DNA of 61,522 bases, filler included, from Archaeoglobus sp. JdFR-37 (GCA_002010215.1; 3 parts of 3 records of this genome joined end to end with filler, not necessarily neighbours in it), one strand, 5' to 3'; positions 29,462 through 39,791 are shown, numbered from the whole stretch's first letter. A program made the numbers and translations. The notes: a model not told the origin generated them from the letters alone.

Positions 29462-29603
29462 TATAAGCTGAATGGGGGGAGTGTGCTTAGTGGACTAAGT
29501 GAGCGGAGTTCGCTAACCACCAGCAACTATCAACCTATCCTCCTTAAAGGGTTTATGAAGTTTATGGTCTTCCTGCAGCTTTCGCTTCTGCAGCCATAAA
29601 AAG

Positions 29604-30989
29604 CTATATCGGAAGAGCAACAGTCCTGATACCATCTCTTATAATGTTGGGTAGTGCTCTGCTGAAAATTCGTCTGAGGACAAATCCCTTGTTTTTCGTC
29701 ACATCTTTAAGCAGATACCTTGGTCTCAGATAAAATGAGAGATAGGCTTTGGATAGCATTGCCTGAATCTGTCTGGCATCAACATGAATGTTTTTCATCA
29801 CCGGTTCAAGAGTCGTGTAGCGTCTCCAGTCCCTTGTAAACAGCAAACCCAGTCTTGATGCAATTTCATATAGCTTCGTTCCTGGATATGGCGTTGCAAT
29901 TGTAAACTGAGCGAAGTCCAAAGGCAATTTTCTTGCAAGTTTAATGGTCTTATCCATCTCCTCCACCTTCTCATGATGAAATCCTATCACGAACGAGCCG
30001 ATAACTCTGAACCCAAGTTCTTTGGCTTTTTTAACCGCTTTCTCCGCCTTCTCGACAGATATGTTCTTACCGATGAAATCAAGTATCCGCTGGCTACCAG
30101 ATTCGATGCCGAAATAGAGAGAGTGGCAGCCAGCTTTCCGCATTTCTCTGGCAGCGTCGACGTTAAAGGTGTCAACCCTTGACGATGAAATCCAAGAAAT
30201 ATCAAGTCTTTCCTGCCGTATCTTCTTTGATATTTCTATGGCCCGCCTTTTATTTACATTAAAAGTATCGTCCATAAACTCTACATTCCTAATTCCCATC
30301 TCATTCAGTAAAGAAAGTTCTTCCACAACTCTATCCGCTGAATGTCCTCGCCAGATGTTTCCAAAGAGTCGGGAAGATGAGCAGAAGACGCAACAATATG
30401 GGCAGCCTCTAGAAGTCATAACTGCTCCAAAATTAGAATTGCCGGTGTAATATTTTGGTAGAAAGTCAAAAGCAGGGACTGGCAAAGTATCCAAATCTTC
30501 TACAAATTTTCTTTTTGGAGTTCTCACGATCATCTCTCCATCCCTGAAAGTTATTCCCGCAACATCTGAGAGCTTGTCTTTCTCAAAGGCATCTAGGAGC
30601 TGCGAAAAAGTCACCTCCCCTTCTCCCCTCACCACAACATCCACAGCATCACATTCAGTTATGACCTCAACATCCATGAACGTAGCATGAGGGCCGCCAA
30701 TAACTGTGTGACATCCTAATTCCTTTCCAATCTCGGCTACCCTATACGCTGAGTAGATTCCAGGAGTGGTGGCAGTTACGCCCACTACCTCCGGCTTAAA
30801 CTTGGAAATTTCCTTCTCCAGCTGATGAAAGTCAAAATTTAGGGCTACAGCATCAACAACTTTCACCTTGCAGCCTTCTTGGATGGCAACTGCCGCCAAA
30901 CTTGCTAGACCAATGGGAGGGGCAGCAGCACCCAGATATTCCTTAATTGCGGTTTCAGAAGGTGGATTGACTAGAAGCACCTTCATCAC
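29604..30989 (-). CDS. B12-binding (class B) radical SAM protein
   Basis: PIGLASLAA, GGPHAT, RGCPYCCVFC, G.ESG, TPYPGT. Confidence 0.92.
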   Translation of the reverse strand: MMKVLLVNPPSETAIKEYLGAAAPPIGLASLAAVAIQEGCKVKVVDAVALNFDFHQLEKEISKFKPEVVGVTATTPGIYSAYRVAEIGKELGCHTVIGGPHATFMDVEVITECDAVDVVVRGEGEVTFSQLLDAFEKDKLSDVAGITFRDGEMIVRTPKRKFVEDLDTLPVPAFDFLPKYYTGNSNFGAVMTSRGCPYCCVFCSSSRLFGNIWRGHSADRVVEELSLLNEMGIRNVEFMDDTFNVNKRRAIEISKKIRQERLDISWISSSRVDTFNVDAAREMRKAGCHSLYFGIESGSQRILDFIGKNISVEKAEKAVKKAKELGFRVIGSFVIGFHHEKVEEMDKTIKLARKLPLDFAQFTIATPYPGTKLYEIASRLGLLFTRDWRRYTTLEPVMKNIHVDARQIQAMLSKAYLSFYLRPRYLLKDVTKNKGFVLRRIFSRALPNIIRDGIRTVALPI

Positions 30990-31077
30990 ACTAATTAGAC
31001 TCCAAAAAATATAAGGTTAATTGATTATCATCTAGACTAGTTATTAAAATTTAAGTTACAATTTAGCTACTAGGTAT

Positions 31078-32496
31078 TTAGTTACTAAGCATCTCCCTGA
31101 TGATCTTCGCAGTCTCAGCCGGGTCTGCTCTGCCCCGGGTAACCTTCATGACGTAACCAACCAAATAGTTAGCAGCCTGTTTCTTCCCCGCCTTATAATC
31201 CTCAACCGCTTTTGGATTCTTCTCTATCGCTTCTCTACATAGCCTTTCGATTTCGGTCTTTGGTATGGCAAAAAGCCCTTTAGACTGAATTATAGCATCA
31301 ATATCTCCGCCCTCATCCAGCTTGGTTCTGATGACCTCCACAACTCCCTTCTCTGTAATCTTCTCCTCTACAAAGTACTTCAGCAGCCTTATCATCTCCT
31401 CTGGCCTCAGCTTCTCCCATCCTACCCTGAAGTCCCATCCCCTGTAGTTCAGCTCTCCTCTCAGCACATCCACTATCCAGCTTGCTGCAAGCTTTGCATC
31501 GAGCTGTAAAGCAACTTCCTCAAAATAATCTGCCATTTTTGGGTCGAGAACTAGCACCTTTGCGAAGTTATCCCCAATTTCGTACTGCTGAATGAATCGC
31601 TGCCTCTTCTCCTCGGGCATCTCTGGTAGCAAATCCTTTACCTCGTCAACAAGCTCAGATGTGTGAATGGGGACGAGGTCTGGCTCGGGGAAGTATCGGT
31701 AATCCTGCTCCTCCTCCTTACTCCTCAGAGATACGGTTATGTTGTTTACTTCATCGAAGTGCCTCGTTTCCCTCAAAACCACCCTGCCCCTTCTCAGAAG
31801 ATTCCTCTGCCTAGTGATTTCATAGCTCAAAGCTCTTTCAACGCCTTTGAAGCTGGAAATGTTCTTTATCTCAACTCTTCCCCCGCCTTTCAGGCTTATG
31901 TTGGCATCAACCCTCATAGCTCCTTCAAGATTTCCATCGAAGACCTCAAGATACTCCAGAATTATCCTGAGCTTGTTCAGGAAAAGTCTAGCTTCTTTCG
32001 GTGAACTCATAACCGGTTCAGTCACTATTTCCAGCAGTGGAACGCCGGAACGGTTGTAATCAATCAGTGAGTACTTTGCAAGAGTTATGCTGCCTTTATA
32101 ACTAAGCTTTCCTGGATCTTCTTCCATGTGTATCCTCTTCAACGCTATTTTCTTCTCTCCATCTTCAGTTTCAATAGTTACATAACCACCCAGAGCAAGA
32201 GGGCGATCGTATTGGCTTATCTGGAAGCCCTTTGGCAGGTCAGGATAGAAGTAGTTTTTTCGATCAAAGACTGTAAAGGGTTGCACTTCGGCATTAAGAG
32301 CTAAAGCAATCTTTATTGCTGCTTTAACAGCTTCCTTGTTGATGACCGGCATAGCTCCTGGCATACCCAGACAGACGGGGCAGACATGAGTATTTGGTTC
32401 GCTATCATGATAATTAATTGGGCATGAACAGAAGAGTTTAGTTTTGAGCCTGTTGAGCTGAACATGAACTTCCAGCCCTATTATTACATCATCCAT
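31078..32496 (-). CDS. gatB: Asp/Glu-tRNA amidotransferase subunit B
   Basis: [35 protein letters not shown]. Confidence 0.97.
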   Translation of the reverse strand: MDDVIIGLEVHVQLNRLKTKLFCSCPINYHDSEPNTHVCPVCLGMPGAMPVINKEAVKAAIKIALALNAEVQPFTVFDRKNYFYPDLPKGFQISQYDRPLALGGYVTIETEDGEKKIALKRIHMEEDPGKLSYKGSITLAKYSLIDYNRSGVPLLEIVTEPVMSSPKEARLFLNKLRIILEYLEVFDGNLEGAMRVDANISLKGGGRVEIKNISSFKGVERALSYEITRQRNLLRRGRVVLRETRHFDEVNNITVSLRSKEEEQDYRYFPEPDLVPIHTSELVDEVKDLLPEMPEEKRQRFIQQYEIGDNFAKVLVLDPKMADYFEEVALQLDAKLAASWIVDVLRGELNYRGWDFRVGWEKLRPEEMIRLLKYFVEEKITEKGVVEVIRTKLDEGGDIDAIIQSKGLFAIPKTEIERLCREAIEKNPKAVEDYKAGKKQAANYLVGYVMKVTRGRADPAETAKIIREMLSN

Positions 32497-32532
32497 ATGG
32501 GTCGTTGAAACCATTGAAATAAAGACTTTCCG

Positions 32533-33186
32533 CTACCTCAGCCTTTTGAAGAGATAATAGTCCAGCTTTTGTCTGTCCTCTGCTATTCCAACCCTGATAA
32601 GAAGAATTAAAACTGTAATATTTAGTATCAGTATGGCTATGCTGTACAAATCACCCAAGTAGAAGGCTGTAAGGTTCCAGATGGCGTGAAACAAAATTGC
32701 TGTGGCAAGATAGGGTTTTACACTCCTCCCTAGGTCCTCAGATACCAGACCGAGCCCAACAGCAGCTATAGCTGTAAAGGTGGCATGGGCTATGGGGGTG
32801 AAAAATCCTCTGATAAACGTTGTTTCCACACCAAAGCCCAGCCCATAAATGATGTTTTCGGTGGCAGCAAAACCCACGCCGGCTGCAACTCCATAAACAA
32901 CACCATCCATTATTCCATCCATCTGCCTCATTCTGTAGGGGATGTAAACTGCTAGCAACTTTGCTGGCTCTTCTATCAGGGCTGCTCCAAAAGCAACCCA
33001 GAACCCAGTATGTGGTAACAAGGGTTCGAGAACGAGGGCTACCAGTGGTGAAACAGTAGCAGAAAAAAGAAAAGTTGCAATAACATACTTTCTTGGTTCC
33101 GGTTCTATTTTATCCCTGGTATAGATGTACCACAGCAGTGCGATGCTTGGCGAAAAAGCCATCAGGAAAATGAGCTGAAGATCCAT
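32533..33186 (-). CDS. PrsW-family intramembrane metalloprotease
   Basis: EPEP, IEEPAK, GFAATEN, H...HAIWN. Confidence 0.88.
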   Translation of the reverse strand: MDLQLIFLMAFSPSIALLWYIYTRDKIEPEPRKYVIATFLFSATVSPLVALVLEPLLPHTGFWVAFGAALIEEPAKLLAVYIPYRMRQMDGIMDGVVYGVAAGVGFAATENIIYGLGFGVETTFIRGFFTPIAHATFTAIAAVGLGLVSEDLGRSVKPYLATAILFHAIWNLTAFYLGDLYSIAILILNITVLILLIRVGIAEDRQKLDYYLFKRLR

Positions 33187-33200
33187 GTCACCCTTCCTTG

Positions 33201-33401
33201 TTACTCTATTTCAATCTTTTTAATTTCTTTTTTCCCCTCCTCCTTCTCAATCTCCTCAATCCTCTTTATACGCTCATCAATGAGCTCCCTGAAAGCAAGA
33301 AGAAACTCTTTGTAGGCTTTGAGCATGTGCATGGAGAAATTCTCCGGAAATATGTCGGAGGGTTCAGGAATCCTGATCTTGATCTCCTTCACGTTTATCA
33401 C
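33201..33401 (-). CDS. Small amphipathic helical protein coupled to arsA
   Basis: 66 aa; start/stop overlap with arsA; HMLKAYKEFLLAFRELID...KKIEIE. Confidence 0.75.
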   Translation of the reverse strand: MINVKEIKIRIPEPSDIFPENFSMHMLKAYKEFLLAFRELIDERIKRIEEIEKEEGKKEIKKIEIE

Positions 33402-34549
33402 CTGAACAGTATTTTTATCTCACCATTATTAAAACTTGCCTTGACTGCATCCTTCAAAGCGAGGCTTTGCGGAAGAAATACTATCCTTTTCCACTGCCCT
33501 GCAACAACGATTAGCTCATCCCCCCTCTTCATAAGCTTCACTTCCTCTTTTCTAATGAATGGGGCTTTGATGTAAAAGGAATATCCCTCGTCATCCTTGA
33601 TTATTTTCATGGGTTTTTCAGTTACAAAAACCTCAGCCGGGTCCTTTTCCCCATAGATTTCATTGGCAAGCTTTTCCAGTTCATCGCCGACAATTTCTCT
33701 CTCTTTAAACATGACTCTGAAGATAGGGACGGGGAAGCTGTGCTTTATTTCCTCCATGTATTTTTTCTGGGCTTCAAACCAGTACTTGAAGTAGCCTCCA
33801 GCCTCCTCTGGAAATATCTTGTTGATTATCACTGCATCTACAGCATAGCCAAAAAGGTTTAGATATGTGAAGGCCCTCTCACTCTCCTTAATTACCATTT
33901 TCTCAGGATTCATAACAAGCCGTATTATGGCTTCATCACTCTCCAGAATCTCCTTCAGCCTCCCAATTTTCACATAGAGTTCCTGAACCTTATCAAGAAC
34001 TTCTTCACTTGGCAATGGTACATCAATCAATGGCTCGGCAATTGGCCTCACAACCTTGAGAAGCTTCTTCTCTATTCCAAAAAACCTGTTCATATACCAC
34101 TTTGCCACCTCAGGGACGCTAAGAAGCCTCAGCGTTTCACCAGTGGGAGCGCAGTCAAGTATTATCACATCATATTCCCCGCTCTCGTATTTCTCCAGAA
34201 GGTGGAGGAGGCTTGCAAGTTCATCAAAGCCCGGAAATATTGCCAGCTCCTCTGCAACAACATCCTCAATCCCCTGAGACATGAAGAAGAGCTTTAGATA
34301 CTCTTTAATTGTTTCCCAGTGCTTTTCCAGCTCATACTCAACATTCACTTCCATTCCGTATAGATTCTCTCTGATCTCTACTGGGTAGGGTGCAAGTTCT
34401 CTCTGAAAGGAGTCTGCCAAACTATGGGCAGGGTCCGTAGAAATAACCAGAGTTTTGTAGCCAAGAGATGCACATTTTATCCCTGTTGCTGCTGCTATCG
34501 TGGTCTTTCCCACTCCACCCTTCCCAGTAAAGAGTATTATTCTTGTCAT
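33398..34549 (-). CDS. ArsA/GET3-family ATPase with C-terminal HSP20-like domain
   Basis: GKGGVGKTT, STDPAHSL, PGFDEL, DCAPTGETLRLL; beta-rich tail DELIVVAGQWKRIVFLP. Confidence 0.9.
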   Translation of the reverse strand: MTRIILFTGKGGVGKTTIAAATGIKCASLGYKTLVISTDPAHSLADSFQRELAPYPVEIRENLYGMEVNVEYELEKHWETIKEYLKLFFMSQGIEDVVAEELAIFPGFDELASLLHLLEKYESGEYDVIILDCAPTGETLRLLSVPEVAKWYMNRFFGIEKKLLKVVRPIAEPLIDVPLPSEEVLDKVQELYVKIGRLKEILESDEAIIRLVMNPEKMVIKESERAFTYLNLFGYAVDAVIINKIFPEEAGGYFKYWFEAQKKYMEEIKHSFPVPIFRVMFKEREIVGDELEKLANEIYGEKDPAEVFVTEKPMKIIKDDEGYSFYIKAPFIRKEEVKLMKRGDELIVVAGQWKRIVFLPQSLALKDAVKASFNNGEIKILFR

Positions 34550-34989
34550 CGTTTCACCCTGATGGTCTTGAAATGAGGACCCTTCCAATAACTCACCTTC
34601 CAGATCCCTACCTCTACTATAACATCCTCTCCATTCTCAAATTCCACGAATTCGGAATACTTGGATTTGAATAAGTCGTAAATGGTGTATATATCATGAT
34701 ACTCGTCTAGCTCTATTTCTCCGGGAAGATAAATCTTCGCAATTCCTGAAACCATCACTCCTTCATTGTTGAAGGGATCGCTATCATCTCTTACATCCAC
34801 AACTAGGCTGACACGGGGGTCTTTCATAATGTTCCGGATTTTTTTTGAGGAAAAATCCGACATGAAGTACAGGGATTCCCTTTGATCATAGGCGAAGAAA
34901 ATGGGGGTTATGTGAGGATAGCTTCCCCTAGTGCAGAGATAACCGAAATAATTCGTGTTCAGCAATACTCTAACCTCATACGGCAACAT
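34546..34989 (-). CDS. PPOX-like split-barrel flavin/F420-binding protein
   Basis: PHITPIFF, SKKIRNI..DPRVSLVVD, GVMVSG.A. Confidence 0.85.
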   Translation of the reverse strand: MLPYEVRVLLNTNYFGYLCTRGSYPHITPIFFAYDQRESLYFMSDFSSKKIRNIMKDPRVSLVVDVRDDSDPFNNEGVMVSGIAKIYLPGEIELDEYHDIYTIYDLFKSKYSEFVEFENGEDVIVEVGIWKVSYWKGPHFKTIRVKR

Positions 34990-34993
34990 GATA

Positions 34994-36196
34994 TCACAGC
35001 CCAATCCTTATTCTTCTCGCCCCTCTCCAGTAAACCACCCACTCTGGCTCAACTTCAACTGGGATCCTCTTAAGAATCGGTGTCAAACGCCATGCTTCTG
35101 GAAGTTCCTCTTTCCTCTTACCGTAAGTGGAAATATACTGGCTGTATTTTTCCATGAAGAGATTTCTGACCTTTGTCAGCTTTAAAATGTTCGGGAGGAA
35201 ATTGTGAAGCTCATAATATCTTGCCTTACCAACTATCAGAACAGCCTTATTTCCGAAAAAGTCCCTTGGGTCTCTTTCATCTATCAGAACCGCAATCCTG
35301 TTATTTTTCTTGAGAAGCTTGAATTTTTTACTGGCCTTTGATGTTACAAAATAAACATTTCTGCCATTAAAGACCTGAACAACAGGAGTGATGTGAGGGA
35401 AATCTTCACCTTCATGGCCCACATATGCAAACTTGGCCTTTTCAAGAAGCTCCGCAATATCTGGAGGTAACCATGGAACCCGCCTTATCAGAGATATAGA
35501 AAGCATTGAGAAGGTCATAATAGAAAGAGAATAGAGTATCACGAAGATCGTGAGATGCTTGTCTGGAGAGAGAACAGGGAAAAGCAACAGAGCTGTCAGA
35601 GCATAGACGACTCCTCTTCTATCCATCCTCTCCATTGCTTTAAGGTCGTTTAGAAGAGTATGTTCTAAACCCTTTCTCCTCTTGGAAGCCTCAAAAAGTC
35701 TGAACGACCTGATAAGGCACAAAGCATAAACCCAGAGACCTATGCCAGCTCTGTAAGCCACATCCCAGGCTAGAACCATTGCAAAGGCTATCACCACCAG
35801 ATTGTCACCGAGATAGTAGTGTATAAGGTAGGGATTGAAATAGAGATACGTAATGAGGGGTATAAAGATGGCCAGCCCTGCAAACAGCTCAGGACGTTTT
35901 TTACTGAAAAGCAATTCCCTGTACCACTCAATAATTCCATTTTCCTCTTCACTCAGCGAAGGGCGAAAGGCACGTATGGTTGGAGCGATTATCAGTGTTA
36001 GCCTGCTCCATATCACCACAACCAGAATTGTCAAACTCCCCATTATCAACGACCGGAAGGGGAGGTGATAGTACAGAGATATCCCGATACCGACAAAGAG
36101 CATTAAGAGAAGCTGAAAAGTTGTGACGTGCCTGCCTTTCAGAAAAGAAAAAGGGGGAATTTTCTCAACGATGAGTTCATAAACCCACTTATCCAT
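34994..36196 (-). CDS. Multi-TM membrane domain fused to a C-terminal PPOX-like domain
   Basis: About 6 TM segments, then PHITPV...SKKFKLLKKNNRIAVLID...VLIVGKA. Confidence 0.8.
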   Translation of the reverse strand: MDKWVYELIVEKIPPFSFLKGRHVTTFQLLLMLFVGIGISLYYHLPFRSLIMGSLTILVVVIWSRLTLIIAPTIRAFRPSLSEEENGIIEWYRELLFSKKRPELFAGLAIFIPLITYLYFNPYLIHYYLGDNLVVIAFAMVLAWDVAYRAGIGLWVYALCLIRSFRLFEASKRRKGLEHTLLNDLKAMERMDRRGVVYALTALLLFPVLSPDKHLTIFVILYSLSIMTFSMLSISLIRRVPWLPPDIAELLEKAKFAYVGHEGEDFPHITPVVQVFNGRNVYFVTSKASKKFKLLKKNNRIAVLIDERDPRDFFGNKAVLIVGKARYYELHNFLPNILKLTKVRNLFMEKYSQYISTYGKRKEELPEAWRLTPILKRIPVEVEPEWVVYWRGARRIRIGL

Positions 36197-36197
36197 T

Positions 36198-36863
36198 TCA
36201 GTCCTCCAGAAGGTCTGAAAGATCCCATTCCTCCTCTTCAAACTCAAAGCCTTCGAATTCTTCCTCTTCTTCCTCCTCTGGTGGCTCTGTAATCTCTTGA
36301 ATCTGCTCTTCAACTATCGCAGCCAGTGCCTGCTTGACTATCCCCAAATATTCGTTAATGTCCGTGTTGTAGATCTCCATGGCAAGCTTCGAGTCCTCTG
36401 TCTTTCCGAACTCTTTTAGCCTCTCCAATGTTCTCCTTGCAGTCTCACAAACCCAGATGTCCCTTGTAGTTCTATCAACCACATTTATATTTTCAGGAAC
36501 GACTCTTACGAAGTTCCTTTCCAGTCCTTCAAAAACTCTAACTTTCCCAACGATAGCAATCAGCTCAGGAGGCTCTATTTCTATTACGCTCTCAAGAGCA
36601 TCAGGCTGATATCTGCCGATGAAGGCTGTGAAGACCCCTGTTGGGTCGCTTACACGGAGTCTCCAGAGATTTGAATCCGGTCTGACTTCCTCTTTGTCCA
36701 GTAAAACTCCTACTGAAAAGACTCTATTAACCTTTGCTCCGGTGGGGGTGAGCACATAAGCGGGCTCTCTTTCACCTGCCGGCTCTATTTTGTGGGTTGA
36801 TCTGCTGAGCTCATGAGCAAAGAGCCTCAAAGCAACTTCTCTCCGCCTTATACCGTCAGTCAT
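36198..36863 (-). CDS. RPA-associated OB-fold protein
   Basis: RREVA.R.FA.E, TPTGAKVNRVF, DPTG.F....G.YQP; acidic tail. Confidence 0.88.
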   Translation of the reverse strand: MTDGIRRREVALRLFAHELSRSTHKIEPAGEREPAYVLTPTGAKVNRVFSVGVLLDKEEVRPDSNLWRLRVSDPTGVFTAFIGRYQPDALESVIEIEPPELIAIVGKVRVFEGLERNFVRVVPENINVVDRTTRDIWVCETARRTLERLKEFGKTEDSKLAMEIYNTDINEYLGIVKQALAAIVEEQIQEITEPPEEEEEEEFEGFEFEEEEWDLSDLLED

Positions 36864-37798
36864 TGCAACTCCTCCTGCAACTCCTCCAAAAGCTCTTTAG
36901 CATCGGCTTCTCTAATAAACTCCACATGCTTTACTAGCAAAAACCTTTCCCCCTTTGTACCATCCACTTTCAGATATCTCCCCAACAGTGCCTTTTTTAG
37001 TTCGGACAATACAGCATTTCTATCAAGGGTCTCATGAGCGATTTTGACGGCTTCATCAAGCCCTATTCCTGTTAGCTCCTTTATATTGTCCTGGTTAAGA
37101 ATTATCTCATAGATGCTGGCTCCATCATCCAAAACACCCTTTATTCGGAGGTCATCATAGCCTTTAACCTTTCCATGCACCGGACAGATTCCCTTCGTCA
37201 TAACTCTCCTGCATTCAGAGCAACGCTGAATGAGGGCGCTGTTCTGCTGTATAGCTACAAGAGCCCCCACCACCTCTATTTCCTTGGGAGGAAGCTGTAT
37301 TTCCTCATCTATCTCAACAATCTCGCTGAAACGGTTTACATTAACTTGGAGTCTTCCACCGAATGAATCTGTGACAACATTTTTGAAGAGGTAGCTCTTG
37401 CCTTCTTCTACCTCTCCTTTGCCAGCCTTCACCCATATAACAAACTTCACTATGCCTGTTTCGTCACCAATGAGTCCCACCTGAGAGACATTAGGACTTG
37501 TGGCATCCCAGAGTTGAACGACTCTCGCTTTAAGGCTAACCCACTCACCAGCCTTATTAATGTCTCCAATTTTAACCAATGCGCTCTCTTTCTCCACTAA
37601 CTGCTCTCTAGAGACCTCATGCTCCTTCATCAACCAGTTGGTGATAGTACGCACAGCTTCTCCTTCAGGAACCTTGAACTCATGAATTAGTAGTTTGAGC
37701 CTCTTCACAATCTCACTTCTCTCAACCTCAACACCTGCATTCCTAAACCTAGAAACTATGCTGTCTGCAAGAGAGGCTATTTTCTCATCTTTAACCAT
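36860..37798 (-). CDS. rpa: Replication protein A (OB fold + Zn finger)
   Basis: QVGLIGDETG, C..C...CPVHG, DLRIKGVLDDG. Confidence 0.9.
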   Translation of the reverse strand: MVKDEKIASLADSIVSRFRNAGVEVERSEIVKRLKLLIHEFKVPEGEAVRTITNWLMKEHEVSREQLVEKESALVKIGDINKAGEWVSLKARVVQLWDATSPNVSQVGLIGDETGIVKFVIWVKAGKGEVEEGKSYLFKNVVTDSFGGRLQVNVNRFSEIVEIDEEIQLPPKEIEVVGALVAIQQNSALIQRCSECRRVMTKGICPVHGKVKGYDDLRIKGVLDDGASIYEIILNQDNIKELTGIGLDEAVKIAHETLDRNAVLSELKKALLGRYLKVDGTKGERFLLVKHVEFIREADAKELLEELQEELQ

Positions 37799-37935
37799 TC
37801 AATCACCCATTCCCTCTGTTGCTCTGACCCTTCATAAACTTGATGGGCTTGATGAGGTGTGGTGAGATTTGTTTAACTTTTGAGATGAAAGGTCTATCGA
37901 AAGATTTATCGAGTGAAGTATCAATATTTTATTTC

Positions 37936-38490
37936 ATGAGATTATATCTGCTGCTCGTGATTTTTATTGCCGCACAATTTTATGCATGTACTTCAAAGGA
38001 GGTGAGCGAAATGGAGAAAATCGAGGAAATTGAGAAGATTGAGGTAAGATCTGTATTTGGGAACATGGAAAGAATTCCCGTAGAGTACACATGTGATGGT
38101 GATGACATTTCACCGCCACTCACTATAGAAGGAGTCTCTGACCGGGCAGTATCCATGGCCATTATAATGGATGACCCCGACGCCCCCATCGGTACCTTTA
38201 CCCACTGGGTTGCCTGGAATATTCCTCCAGTCAACCAGATTCCCGAAAACATTCCGAAGGATAGAAGTGTAAGCCAACCAGTGAAGATGTTGCAGGCAAA
38301 GAACGATTTTGGAAGATATGGATATGGAGGGCCATGTCCACCGAAAGGCAAACCCCACAGGTACTTCTTCAAAGTTTATGTGTTGGACACCATGCTTGGA
38401 GAGGACATAAAGAGCAAGGATGAGTTGATTAAGGCTATGGAGGGACACGTCATCCAATATGGAGAGCTTGTTGGGCTTTACAGTAGATAG
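37936..38490 (+). CDS. YbhB/YbcL (PEBP) family protein; alternative start 38011
   Basis: YTCDG.DISPPL, DDPDAP..TFTHW, YGGPCPP, HRYFF. Confidence 0.92.
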   Translation: MRLYLLLVIFIAAQFYACTSKEVSEMEKIEEIEKIEVRSVFGNMERIPVEYTCDGDDISPPLTIEGVSDRAVSMAIIMDDPDAPIGTFTHWVAWNIPPVNQIPENIPKDRSVSQPVKMLQAKNDFGRYGYGGPCPPKGKPHRYFFKVYVLDTMLGEDIKSKDELIKAMEGHVIQYGELVGLYSR

Positions 38491-38645
38491 CTTAAAAAGT
38501 TAATCCTGAAACCATAAGGGTTTAGAGTGTTTATTAGAGTTGTTAGAGTCCGCACTGATAACAAAAGTATCGCAAAATCACCAGAATTACCAAAACCACA
38601 AAGTACCCTAAAATTATTTAATTGAGTTTAAACCATTGCCCTTCG

Positions 38646-39791
38646 ATGAACTCTACCAAGTACCTCATGCTCATACCTGATGGCATGGCTGACTGGAAGG
38701 TAGAGAAGCTAGGAAATAAAACCCCTCTTGAGTATGCTGACACTCCCAACATGGATGAAATAGCTTCAGCCTCATCATGCGGTCTGGCAATAACAATTCC
38801 TGAAGGATTTGAGCCTGGAAGCGACATTGCCAACCTCACGATTCTCGGGGTTGACGTGAGAAAGTACTACACTGGCAGAGGCCCCATCGAAGCTCTGGCA
38901 AGGGGGGTTAAGGGTGACTGGCTTTTCAGATGTAATCTCGTTTATGTTGAGAATGGCATCATGGTAGATTACAGCGGGAACAGAATCGAGAACAGTGAGG
39001 CTAAAAAGGTAATAGAATTCCTGAACCGGGAAAAAGAGTGGGATAACATAATCTTCCACCCGGGTGTTGGATTTAGAAACATCGCAGCCATCAATGGCAA
39101 TTTCTCAAAAGCACCAGTAACAACACCACCACACGATATAACGGGGGAACCGATAAACCCACATATGCCAAGGGACGGAGAGCTTGCAGAACTCATAAAG
39201 GAAGTTATAAAGTGGAGTGCTGAAGTGCTTCCAGAAGTGACAGATAAGGCAAACATGGTGTGGCTCTGGAGCGGTGGGAAATTACCAGAGTTTCCAAAAA
39301 TAGAAGAGCGTTATGGATTGAAGGGAGCTATGATAAGCGAGGTAGATTTGCTTTATGGCATAGGGAAAGGACTGGGGATGGACTGCGTTTATGTTGACGG
39401 CGTTACCGCATGGATAGATACAAATTACCGTGGACTTGCAAGAGCAGCCCTGAAATCCCTGAGAAATTATGATTTTGTTGTGCTGCATACCGAGGGCATA
39501 GATGAGGCTGGCCATGAAGGAGATGCTGAGCTGAAAGTGGAAGCCATCGAGATCTACGATGAAAAGATAGCCGGATATATTTTGGACAGAATCGATCTTG
39601 AGGAAGTCAGAATAGCTCTGCTTCCCGACCATCCAACACCTATTAAAGCGAAAACCCACGTGGCTGAGCCGGTACCCTTCGCCATAACCGGAAAAAGTGA
39701 TGGTACAAAAGCATTTTCAGAGAAGGAATGTAAAAAAGGCAAATACGGGCTTATAGATGGGCTAAAAATAATGAAGCTGTTTGTTTCCTGA
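38646..39791 (+). CDS. apgM: Cofactor-independent phosphoglycerate mutase (archaeal type)
   Basis: [30 protein letters not shown]...H. Confidence 0.9.
   Translation: MNSTKYLMLIPDGMADWKVEKLGNKTPLEYADTPNMDEIASASSCGLAITIPEGFEPGSDIANLTILGVDVRKYYTGRGPIEALARGVKGDWLFRCNLVYVENGIMVDYSGNRIENSEAKKVIEFLNREKEWDNIIFHPGVGFRNIAAINGNFSKAPVTTPPHDITGEPINPHMPRDGELAELIKEVIKWSAEVLPEVTDKANMVWLWSGGKLPEFPKIEERYGLKGAMISEVDLLYGIGKGLGMDCVYVDGVTAWIDTNYRGLARAALKSLRNYDFVVLHTEGIDEAGHEGDAELKVEAIEIYDEKIAGYILDRIDLEEVRIALLPDHPTPIKAKTHVAEPVPFAITGKSDGTKAFSEKECKKGKYGLIDGLKIMKLFVS

Noticed and set aside
29497..29546. Fluoride-riboswitch-like AGTGAGCGGAGTTCGCT
   Set aside because: Lacks the conserved downstream motif and has no plus-strand gene.
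29360..29599. 79-aa ORF MGPEGFEPST
   Set aside because: Antisense reading that starts at the tRNA end, with no upstream coding body, unlike the ORF at 31-390.
33398..34549. Arsenic resistance ArsA
   Set aside because: Single-domain, no metalloid-binding cysteines, no arsB/C/D/R.
38521..38549. TTAGAGT x3
   Set aside because: Low-complexity and irregularly spaced; not a CRISPR array.
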